Positions 40,878 through 49,898 of a stretch of DNA of 49,898 bases are shown in pieces. Under the pieces are notes generated by a model, which was given only the letters and a program-made list of their open reading frames with translations, did no database searches and was not told the origin of the DNA. The stretch lies in assembly GCA_052055015.1 (NCBI GenBank), contig JBQJIT010000029.1, one strand, 5' to 3'. The DNA comes from Malassezia furfur (Eukaryota). The stretch's first letter is position 1. Each line of letters opens with the position of its first letter. The position numbers and the translations under genes were made by a program.

Positions 40878-42833
40878 ATGGCATCCGTTAACCCGCTTGC
40901 CGGTGTCCCTCCCGGCAGTAGCGCAGCCATGGGCCGCCCGGGATCGATTACCCCCTCGCAACCACTAGCTTCCCACGGACCGCCGCACTCAACGTCCCCT
41001 CCTCCTGGCGCGCATCCGATCGCGGGAGCCGTTGCCCCAGGAGCGGGGCAGGCGATTTGGTCCGCTCGGTTGCTGGATCTGCTCAATCTCGTGCGTCACG
41101 AGTTCGATGTGATTGGGAACGATGCTGTGCACTTCAAATCGCAGCGCGATGAGATGGAGCACCGGAGTACGTTAAGCTCATGTCCGCCCTAACGCCAGTC
41201 GCCCAGCAGTTCAACGAAGTGACCCTGATGCAGGACCACGTGTATGAGCTGGAGAAGCGTCACTGTGACATCGTTGCGCAGTACGAAGAGGAAATAAAGC
41301 GCCTCCGTGGCCTGCTCGACGCGCGCGGCGTCCCGCATGCTCCTGACGCGGCTTCGCTCGCGCCCAGCGCGGCTCCGTCACGCGCTGCGGGCGGCAACTC
41401 GTCGCGTGCGTCGTCTCCGACCCGTACGCGTGCAGAGCGCCTTCCGCCGCCGGACGTTGCTGCGCACCAAGCGCCGCGCGGTGCACCAACCGCCGAAGCG
41501 TCGTGGCCGCCGAACAAGCGTGCGAAAACGAACGGCACGGTGCCAGGCGCACAGGCCAGCGAGTCGCGTGCCCCGCGTATGAAGCGCGAGGAGCGCGAGC
41601 CCAAGCGTCCGAGTACGTTTGCGCCCTCTGACCCAGACCCCCCCGCGGCGCCGGAGTCTTCGGCAAAGGAGGACGAGCCGCGTACGGAGGCCGCGTCAGA
41701 GGCCAGCAAGGCGGCCGCCCCGTCTGAGCCGGTGCCTGCGCCCGAAAACGCCACTGAGGAGGCCTCCGAGCAGGGCCAGGCACTCAAGAAGGAGGGGAGC
41801 GACTGGGTCGCTCTATACAACCCCAAGGCCCAGCCAGCGCTCGACGTGAACCTCGTGCACACGCTGATGCACGACAGTGTGGTGTGCTGTGTCCGTTTCT
41901 CGCCCGACGGCAAGTTCTTGGCCACGGGGTGCAACCGCGCAGCCAACATCTACGACAGCAAGACGGGCGCCAAGACGTGTGTACTACAGGATGCGTCATC
42001 AGACAGCGAGGGTGACTTGTACATCCGCAGCGTGTGCTTCAGCCCCGATGGCAAGTATCTCGCAACGGGCGCCGAGGACCGTCAGATCCGCATCTGGGAC
42101 ATTGCGGAGAAAAAGATCAAAACGACGCTCACCGGCCACAAGCAGGAGATCTACTCGTTGGAGTACTCGCAGGATGGCCGCATTCTCGCCAGTGGCTCGG
42201 GAGACAAGACGGTGCGCATCTGGGACATGGATTCGGGTACGCCGATTCATGTGCTCTACACGAGCCCCGGCCTAAACTACGGCCCCGGCGTCACAGCGAT
42301 CGCTCTGAGCCCCGACGGGCGCCTCGTGGCCGCCGGCGCGCTCGACACGTTTGTGCGCGTTTGGGACACCAAGACGGGCATGCTGCGCTGCCGCCTCAAG
42401 GGCCACAAGGACAGCATTTACAGCGTGGCCTTTATGCCCGATGGGCAGACGCTCGTGAGCGGCAGCCTCGACAAGACCCTCAAGCTGTGGGACTTGACCT
42501 GCATCACACAGTCGCTTGACTCGATGGATGACGAGATCTCCAATCCATCCATGTGCATCTCCACGTTTACGGGGCACAAGGACTACGTGCTCTCGGTGTC
42601 GTGCTCGCCGCAAGGCCGCTGGATTGCCTCGGGCTCCAAGGACCGCAGCGTGCAGTTCTGGGACCCGCGCTCGGGCCAGTCGCAGCTTGTACTGCAAGGC
42701 CACAAGAACTCGGTGATTGCCATCAACCTCAGCCAGACGGGCAACCTGCTTGCAACGGGCAGTGGGGATTTCAAGTACGTCACCCAAGACTCACCACAGC
42801 GCACGAATCTGGTCGTACGAAAATACGTCCTAG
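40878..42833 (+). CDS. TUP1: General transcriptional corepressor Tup1; 3 exons
   Basis: Tup_N (RLLDLLNLVRHEFD...YEEEIKRL) and WD40 repeats (HDSVVCCVRFS, DLYIRSVCFSPDGKYLATGAED). Introns at 41167-41198 (32 nt) and 42775-42799 (25 nt); the latter restores GSGDFNARIWSY*. Confidence 0.94.
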
Positions 42834-42862
42834 CTATGTCGTATAGTGAAGTGGAAGATGCA

Positions 42863-43676
42863 TTAATTGCGTCGTGGGTACGGAGGTGTGCCATCGGGAC
42901 TCGCAGACCGGCGCCGTGCCCCACGGTAGTCGTCATCGCGGTCATTGCGACGGTCATGATAGCGGTCACGGCGGTCATAACGGTCACGCTCGTCATATTG
43001 GTCGCGCTCGTCGGAGGCATCGGTGCGTCGCTGTGCACGCGAACCCTGAGTCAGAGTGGGTACGTACCCATCCAGCATCGCGCTCGCGGCGCGTCACGTT
43101 GCCGCGTTTATCGACGAAACTGTCAGGTGGTCGCTGCGCGTCACGCCGGCGATCGGCCGCGATAGGTGACCGCCCGCGGTCAAAGCGCGCAGTGGGAGGC
43201 GCATGCGCATCGTGCGGTGCTGTTCCCGCAGCGCCACGGCGCCGCACCTCGCTCATGACATGGTCGGTCTCGGCGCGGGCTTGCTGCATCTCGCGCTTCT
43301 TTTGCTCCACAAACGCACGGGGAATGCCCGCGACCGAGTCTTGGGCAGAGAGGAGTAGCGACCATAGTTCGGCCATGAACGGACGCGCGCGTTTTTCGAG
43401 GAATCCTGTAAGCGAGATCTGCATCTTGCGTGGGTCTGGAAATTGCTCGCTCTCGAGGTGGTCGCTGACGAATTCGACGAGCACCTCATCTTCGAATCCG
43501 AGGATTGCCTCGACTTTTTCGGCAATCCAAGGGCGCATGACCTGCAGGTTGACCTTGCTCGTATCTACGCGCTCGTCAAAGTTGCTGGGGTATTTCGTCG
43601 ACTTGAGTAGCGCATCCTCTTTGTTTTTGAAGCGGACGTCGTCGCCGCCGGCCACCCCCCGGAAGCCGTCCACCAT
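42863..43676 (-). CDS. PWI-domain splicing coactivator (SRm160/SRRM1-like); 2 exons
   Basis: GFRG...DVRFKNKE, KVNLQVMRPWI, GFEDEV, QISLTGFL, ELWSLLLSAQ and GIP. 22-nt intron at 43046-43067. Short RD-rich tail. Confidence 0.85.
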
Positions 43677-43736
43677 GATAGGTGGAGGACCACGTGTGCC
43701 GGGCTCCGCTCGCACGCTCGTCACTTTTTTCTACGG

Positions 43737-44975
43737 ATGCCAGGGGTGAACTCGATCAAGCTGCTCACGGGCAACAGCCACCCGGAGCTCGCACAGCTGG
43801 TGTCGAAGCGGTGCGTTGTGCGCATACTCACACAGACTCGGCGTCCCGCTCACCGAATGTATCTGTCGCAAGTTTGCCGACCAGTCGATCGACGTCCGTA
43901 TCGGGTCGTCGGTGCGGGACCAGGATGTGTTTGTGATTCAGTCGGGTCATTCGCCGTATGTCGACCCGAATGACAGCCTAATGGAGCTGCTGATCATCCT
44001 GTCGGCATGCAAGACGGCGTCGGCGCGGCGCATCACCGCTGTCATCCCGTCGTTCCCTTACTCGCGCCAGAACAATAAGGACAAGAGCCGTGCGCCCATC
44101 ACCGCCAAGATGGTCGCCAACATGATCACCACGGCAGGCGCCGAGCATGTCATCACCGTCGATCTGCATGCGAGTCAGATCCAGGGGTTCTTTGACGTTC
44201 CCGTCGACAACCTGACCTCCGAGCCGTCCATCGCGCGCTGGATCCGGAGCAATGTGGACGACTGGCGCGACGCCATCATCGTCTCGCCAGATGCCGGCGG
44301 TGCGAAGCGGTATGTATGCCCGACTGACACAGCGCAACCTCGCTCGCCGACTTCCTCGGCATCGACTTTGCCCTGATTAACCGCAACCGCCGGCGCGAAC
44401 ATGCGCGGCGTCACCATCCTCAGCACCACCACCACCCCGACATGGCACAGCTTGCTGTGTCTGAGGTTGCCAACGGCGTGCTGTCTATGAGCGACAGCGG
44501 CGAGTGGTTCATTAACGAGGAGGACGGCCGCCGGCTGCGGAGCGGTGGCCACCGCCGTTCGCAGGCGGGCCCAGAGAGCGAACACGGTGTGTCGGACGAC
44601 GAAAACGACGCCAAGATGGAGGTACTGGTTGGTGACGTCACCGGCAAAACGGCCATCCTCGTCGACGACATGGTCGACACGGGCCGCACGCTTGCCCTTG
44701 CGGCCAAGACACTTGAGGCCGCGGGTGTCAAGCGCGTGTTTGCCGCCGTGTCGCACGGTCTGCTGTCCGGTCATGCGGTGGACCTGATCAAGCGGCTGAA
44801 TATGGAGAAGTTTGCGGTGACCAACACCATCGCCAACCACGACAAGGCCGCCGCAAGCGGGAGCATGATCCAGATCGTTGACATGTCCGCCGTTATCGCC
44901 GAGACGATTCGGCGCTCGCACCATGGCGAGAGCATCTCGACCATGTTCCGCCAGGATGCCGAAATGATGTTTTAG
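43737..44975 (+). CDS. PRS1: Ribose-phosphate pyrophosphokinase with an internal non-homologous insertion (Prs1/Prs5-type); 3 exons
   Basis: [36 protein letters not shown] and [12 protein letters not shown]. Introns at 43811-43835 (25 nt) and 44310-44332 (23 nt). The paralogue number is uncertain. Confidence 0.88.
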
Positions 44976-44982
44976 ACATAGA

Positions 44983-47008
44983 CTACATGGCACTGAAGAA
45001 CGCTGCATCGAACGCTTCGGGCTCCAGCTTGCCCTGCTTCATCTTCTTCATGGCGCGCTCCTCGGCCGCCCAGTCCTCCTCGTCGCTCGTGTCCGACGGC
45101 GAAGCAGGCGTCGGCGCACTCGCCTGCTCCTGTAGCCACCGCCGCTTGCGCTCCTTCTTCTCGCGGCGCACATCGCGCGCCTCCTTGCGCCGCTTTTGCT
45201 CGCTCCATGCACCCTCCTGCTTCTTGGCGGGCGCCGCACGCGGCGCGGGAGCCGGCGCCGCATCCTCGCGCGCGAGTCCCGCGACGCGCTGTGCCTCGCG
45301 CCGATGGTCGGCGTACGCAAACGTGCGGAGCTGGGTTAGTGACGTGCACGTACGTCAGGCATCGTATCCTCAAACAGCGACGCGTCGTCGTCGTTCCGCT
45401 CGCGCCACCGCGCGACTTCGGGCATGCGCGGCAGGTTGAGCAGCGCAAACTGGCACGCAAGCCGGTCGAGCGGCAGGTCGGCTAGACGGAAGATGTAGTT
45501 CACCTCGTGCTTCGAGTAGGCACGCACGTAGCTCACAAACGCACGCATTCCCAGTTCGTACAGCGCGCGGTCACTGCGCACCGTCTCGCGCAGCGATCGC
45601 TCGAGCGCTCGGGCATCGTCATCCGTTGCCGGCTCGTCGCCGTACGCGAGCGTTGGCAGGACATAACGCATCGGGCGCAGTGGCACCTGCTTGACCTGCA
45701 GGTATTCTGTGTGAGCGGTGCATACGCACCCACATAGCCCTCCTCGCGGCCCTCGTGCAGCAGCACAATGGCTCGTCCTGTCCGCCCAGCACGCGCCGTG
45801 CGCCCACACCGGTGCGAAAACACCTTGGGATCGTTTGGCGGGTCGTATTGGATCACAACGTCAACGTCGGGCAAGTCGAGACCGCGCGCTGCCACATCGG
45901 TGCACAGCAGCACGGTGCACTGCGCATCTGACGCGCCGGTTCGGTCGGTATCGCGTGCATCGGTGTGGGCGTGCGCAAACGCCTGGAAGGTCGCGTGCCG
46001 TCGCTTGGTCGTTTGCTTGCCGTGCAGCGAAAAGAACTGCAAGCCCTTCGTGTCATGAGGATGCATCTTCGTGTGTTGGCTGAGCAGCGAAAACACATAG
46101 TTCACCTGCGCACACGTTGCAAAGTACACGATGGCCTTGTGCGCGCCATCCTGTGCCTCGCGCCGAAGCAGGCGCAGCAGCTGCGCCAGTTTGTTCTCAG
46201 GGCGCGACACATGGTAAAAGTTGTGCAGCGTCGCGGGCATGCGGATATCCTTGCGCGTCGCCGAGCCCTTGGCCTTGGTCTCGACCTTGACCACCACACG
46301 CACCGGGTTGCGGAGGCCGACGCGGACGAGCTCGGTGAGTGCTTCGGTCATCGTCGCGCTAAATAGCCCCGTGCGTCGCTGCTTGGGCAGATACGCAAGC
46401 AGTGCGCGAATCGGTTCAACAAATCCCAGGTCCAGCAGGCGGTCAGCCTCGTCCATGACGAGTACGTCGAGCTCGCTGGTGCGCACGCCCGGCTTCTTGA
46501 GCAGCTCCTCCATGCGTCCAGGCGTGCCGACGAGGATGTCGGGGCCGTTCTCGCGGAACAGGCGGTAGTCCTCGGCGGGGGACACCTTCAGGCCGCCCAC
46601 CACGAGCTGTACAGGGCCCACGCGCCCGTGCGGTGCGGTTTCGTCCGGCTGCGCATCCAAAAAGTGTTGCAGCACACCGCATGTCTGCTCTGCAAGCTCA
46701 CGCGTGGGACACACGATGACCGCACCGAGATCGTGCCTCTTCAATGCAACTTCACGCCGCCTCAAAATTTCGAGAATGGGTATCACGAACGCGAGCGTCT
46801 TGCCCGAGCCCGTCACGGCCTCGGCGACCACGTCCTTGTGTGAAAGGAAGAGCGGGATGGACGCGGCCTGCACGGGCGTCACCTGTGTATATTCCATAGA
46901 CGCCACGACGTCGAGTCTGTGTGAGTTGCGCACGTACATCCACTCGCTCAGCGGCGGCCGCACGGTGGACCAGGCGCCGGCCGCCATCGCCGTGTCGCTT
47001 TGCGCCAT
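44983..47008 (-). CDS. SPB4: DEAD-box rRNA helicase Spb4/DDX55; 4 exons
   Basis: TPVQ, AVTGSGKT, PTRELA, DEAD, SAT, HRCGRTARAG and AFVSYVRAYSKH. Introns at 46917-46937 (21 nt), 45707-45729 (23) and 45331-45353 (23); 652 aa. Confidence 0.93.
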
Positions 47009-47117
47009 CGACTTTTTTTTTGGAAATTGCGACCTCCACACGGCGACGACACCTGCATCGGGATCTCCACGGGGTTCCCGGGAAGTGCTGCGGACCGTGC
47101 ACACGCCCTCAACCACG

Positions 47118-49802
47118 ATGCCCTCGTTTCCCAAGCCGACGGGCACACCGCTGAAACGCAGCGATACAATGAAGAATAATAATACGCCAGGGAAGCAAAA
47201 ACTTAACCGGCACGAGATTGCCCGCCTCGCAGCCGAGCAACCTGGGGAAGGGATGGCAACGGTGCCAGGCACGGAGCTGGGTGGGGCAGACCCTGCTGCG
47301 CTGGCTCCCGTCGATGAAGGTCTAGGCCGCGGGCGACCGCGGGCTATGACCAACTCGCCACCTCCGGTGCGCTCTTTTTCCTCATCGACGAGTCGCGTGC
47401 CAGAGTCGACCCAGGGCACCGCCGGGGCCAATTCGGGATCGGCGGCTGCCTCGCCGATCCGCAGCACCTTCCCCACCGAGATGGCTGTGCCCCAGCAGAA
47501 CGTCAGCAACGAACAGGGCCAGTCACGCCCTGCACCGGCGCTCACGGGCCTCAGCGTGCCCCCTGCCGTGGCTGCGCTCGAGTCTGTCTCGGCAACGAAT
47601 GCTGCGCCGTCTGCCACTGCATCACAAGCTGCGGTGACTGCGCAAGCACACGCTCCCAGCGCGGCCCAAAATGCAGTTGCCAATGCAGGGGAGAACGGCA
47701 GTGCGGCGACCGCCGCCTTCCGCGACTTGTCGACGGGCGCCGTCGTCGAGACGGACAAGGAAGGCAACACGGCGATGCCCTCGACGCATCCTAGCATCCG
47801 GTCGCCGAATCTGTCGTCTGCGGGCGGCCATATGAGCCCAACGGCGCCCGAGGACGAGATGTCTGGCTTGAATGCCGCCGCCGAGTTCCTTACCAATGAC
47901 CGGGCAGCGGTGCGCTGTCCGGAAGGCGCAGGGTCGCGTCCGCCGTCGATTTTGAATGGCGGCCACGACGAGGAGCGCTTTGGCGATGGCTGGCATGAGA
48001 TGGGCCCGCAAGTGACGGGTTTCGCGATCGCCAGCTCGAAGCGCAACGACGACTTCCACGCGATGTTCCCGACGGTGCCCGAAGACGACTTTTTGATCGA
48101 GAGCTATGGGTGTGCAATCTCGCGCGAGCTGCTCATCCAGGGCCGGATGTACGTGAGTGAGGCGCGGGTGTGCTTCCACTCAAGCATCTTCGGGTGGGTG
48201 ACGTCGATCGTGGTGCCGTTTGCCGACATTATCTCGATCGAGAAGCGCAACACGGCGTACGTGATCCCTAACGCGATCCTGATCAAGACGCTCCAGAGCA
48301 AGTATCACTTCAGCTCGCTCGTGACGCGCGACAGCACATACAGCATGCTGGTTAATATCTGGCGCCTCTCGCAGCCGAGCACCAATGCGCAGCAGACGGC
48401 GATGATCGCCGAAAGCGCCCACGAGACCCAGAGTGAGGATGAGAAGGGTGGCGAGAAGGGCGTCGGCGGCAAGGGCCTGTCGAAGCGCGAGCGCCTGCGC
48501 CGCCGCCTTGCCCTTGCACGCATTCAGGCCAAGAAGCAAAACAGCGACGCCGGCGATGCACCGACCGCGGCGGCCGGCAGCGGTGCAGTGAGTCCACACG
48601 ACGCCGACGACGACATGACCGAGTCGTCGAGCGAGTCGGAGGACGAGGCAGAGGAGCAGGACCCGTCGAACCACCGCACGACCAAGTGTGACTGCGACGC
48701 CAAGAAATTGCATCTCGCCAACACGGTGCTCGACGACACCTTTGACGTCCCGCCTAAGAAGCTCTTCCACCTACTTTTCTGTGATAACTTTATGAGCACA
48801 TTCCTCACCGAGAACCAGCATCTCACCGAGCTCAAGATCTCTAACTGGGAGAACGACGGGGCGAACAAGGACGTCTCGGCTTCCCGCAATGTGCAGTACA
48901 TCAAACCACTCAACGGGCCCATCGGCCCGAAACAGACGCACTGCGAAATCAAGGAGGAGCAGTTGCACATCGACTTTGACGACTTTTGCACCACGATGAC
49001 CACGACGCACACCCCCGATGTCCCGAGCGGCTCAAGCTTCTACATCAAGACCCGCACGTGTTTCATGTGGGCCGAGCACGGCCACTGCCGCCTGCTGGTC
49101 ACCTGCGCGGTAGAGTGGACGGGGCGCAGCATGATTAAGAGCATCATCGACAAGGCCTCGATCGAGGGACAGAAGCAATACTACGCCGACCTCGCCAACG
49201 CCATCCGCCAGCACCTCTCCGAGCAGAGCAAGTCCGGCGAAACAGGCGCCGCGGCCCAAGGCGCTGGCCACGCCAAGCACGCCAAGAAGGGCGCGGTCGC
49301 CGCGGTGTCCGAGGCACCCGTCAGCCCCACAAGCCCCACCGCTACCCCGGCCCCGAAGGCGATGGAAGAACCGGTGTCGACGCCCGCTGCGCCGCGGCCC
49401 GCGCCGAATGCGGCCGCTTCGCCATGGGACAAGGCGCAGCAGTTTGTACAGTCGCTGGCTGAGTCACTCGGTGTGCAGACGAGCACACTGCTGCTCGGCG
49501 GTCTGATCGCTCTGCTGCTCCTCTCGCACCTCGTCGTCTTCTTCCGTGGCACGCCCAGCGCCGCGCGGACGCACACCTTCCCGCACCATCTTGGGCGCCC
49601 AGGGCTCATAACACGTAACCAGCCCATGACGCTGCGCCACGCAACGCTCATGATCGACGAAGAGGTGCAGCAGACCCTCGAGGTACTCGAAAAGTCACGG
49701 CATCTCAGCGAGGCCCTCGAACTCGAGATCAAGATGCTCCGCGACACCATACAGGAGCAGACGCAGCAGTACCGCGAGCGCCTGGGAACAGGTCAAACAT
49801 AG
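47118..49802 (+). CDS. LAM/Ltc-family sterol transfer protein (GRAM + VASt/StARkin + C-terminal TM)
   Basis: GRAM (KRNDDFHAMF, QGRMYVSE, FGWVT, IPNAI), VASt (IKPLNGPIGPKQT, TPDVPSGSSF), then a TM helix and a coiled coil. Confidence 0.88.
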   Translation: MPSFPKPTGTPLKRSDTMKNNNTPGKQKLNRHEIARLAAEQPGEGMATVPGTELGGADPAALAPVDEGLGRGRPRAMTNSPPPVRSFSSSTSRVPESTQGTAGANSGSAAASPIRSTFPTEMAVPQQNVSNEQGQSRPAPALTGLSVPPAVAALESVSATNAAPSATASQAAVTAQAHAPSAAQNAVANAGENGSAATAAFRDLSTGAVVETDKEGNTAMPSTHPSIRSPNLSSAGGHMSPTAPEDEMSGLNAAAEFLTNDRAAVRCPEGAGSRPPSILNGGHDEERFGDGWHEMGPQVTGFAIASSKRNDDFHAMFPTVPEDDFLIESYGCAISRELLIQGRMYVSEARVCFHSSIFGWVTSIVVPFADIISIEKRNTAYVIPNAILIKTLQSKYHFSSLVTRDSTYSMLVNIWRLSQPSTNAQQTAMIAESAHETQSEDEKGGEKGVGGKGLSKRERLRRRLALARIQAKKQNSDAGDAPTAAAGSGAVSPHDADDDMTESSSESEDEAEEQDPSNHRTTKCDCDAKKLHLANTVLDDTFDVPPKKLFHLLFCDNFMSTFLTENQHLTELKISNWENDGANKDVSASRNVQYIKPLNGPIGPKQTHCEIKEEQLHIDFDDFCTTMTTTHTPDVPSGSSFYIKTRTCFMWAEHGHCRLLVTCAVEWTGRSMIKSIIDKASIEGQKQYYADLANAIRQHLSEQSKSGETGAAAQGAGHAKHAKKGAVAAVSEAPVSPTSPTATPAPKAMEEPVSTPAAPRPAPNAAASPWDKAQQFVQSLAESLGVQTSTLLLGGLIALLLLSHLVVFFRGTPSAARTHTFPHHLGRPGLITRNQPMTLRHATLMIDEEVQQTLEVLEKSRHLSEALELEIKMLRDTIQEQTQQYRERLGTGQT

Positions 49803-49898
49803 TTGCGATATACACCTCATCCAAACTGTTTGGCCAGTAACGCACGCGCCCGCGCCCGTCGCGCTTCGGCCGCTGCGGCGCGCCGCTCGCCCTCGGTC

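Noticed and set aside
42775..43165. Hydrophobic TM-like C-terminal extension of Tup1 in the ORF track
   Set aside because: This is an artefact of reading through the 25-nt intron into the antisense strand of the PWI gene's RD repeats. Spliced Tup1 stops at 42833.
46704..48046. Apparent 1.3-kb head-to-head overlap of the SPB4 and LAM ORFs
   Set aside because: The upstream extensions are non-conserved open frames. The plausible starts at 47008 (-) and 47118 (+) leave a 109-nt promoter.
1..49898. Prokaryotic-type systems, CRISPR arrays, transposons, tRNA or rRNA genes
   Set aside because: I saw no repeat-spacer arrays, transposase or RT motifs, terminal repeats or cloverleafs. Nearly all the sequence is accounted for by fungal genes.

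Overview
Gene-dense, GC-rich eukaryotic DNA from a basidiomycete yeast. The compactness, gene set and intron style suggest a Malassezia-like genome (inference). I can reconstruct 29 protein-coding genes, mostly housekeeping: SEC27 (5'-truncated), GRR1, EMW1, an aldo-keto reductase, TAF5, LCB1, RAD6, TGS1, MTR3, a GH16 glucanase, RAD54, TFB2, a GT31 transferase, a beta-flanking-like protein, a P4-ATPase, a TauD-family dioxygenase, a PMU1-like phosphatase, an acyl-CoA dehydrogenase, INCENP, VAM7, TUP1, a PWI protein, a PRPP synthetase, SPB4, a LAM sterol transporter and a few orphans. I found no rRNA, tRNA, transposon or CRISPR array. The main signal is splicing architecture. Hand-splicing restores conserved reading frames with 37 introns, of which 27 are 21-25 nt (median 23, none below 21). 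The shortest are built as donor + 6-nt spacer + CTNAY branch + NYAG. They include a GC-AG 21-mer beside a 17-nt micro-exon and nine in-frame stop-free introns that the ORF track reads through. Other notable points: MTR3 and TGS1 are separated by 2 nt (possible bicistron), convergent CDSs overlap, divergent promoters are 41-80 nt and carry CACGTG E-boxes, a run of hairpins lies upstream of RAD6, and the flippase has DGEI in place of the DGET actuator motif.
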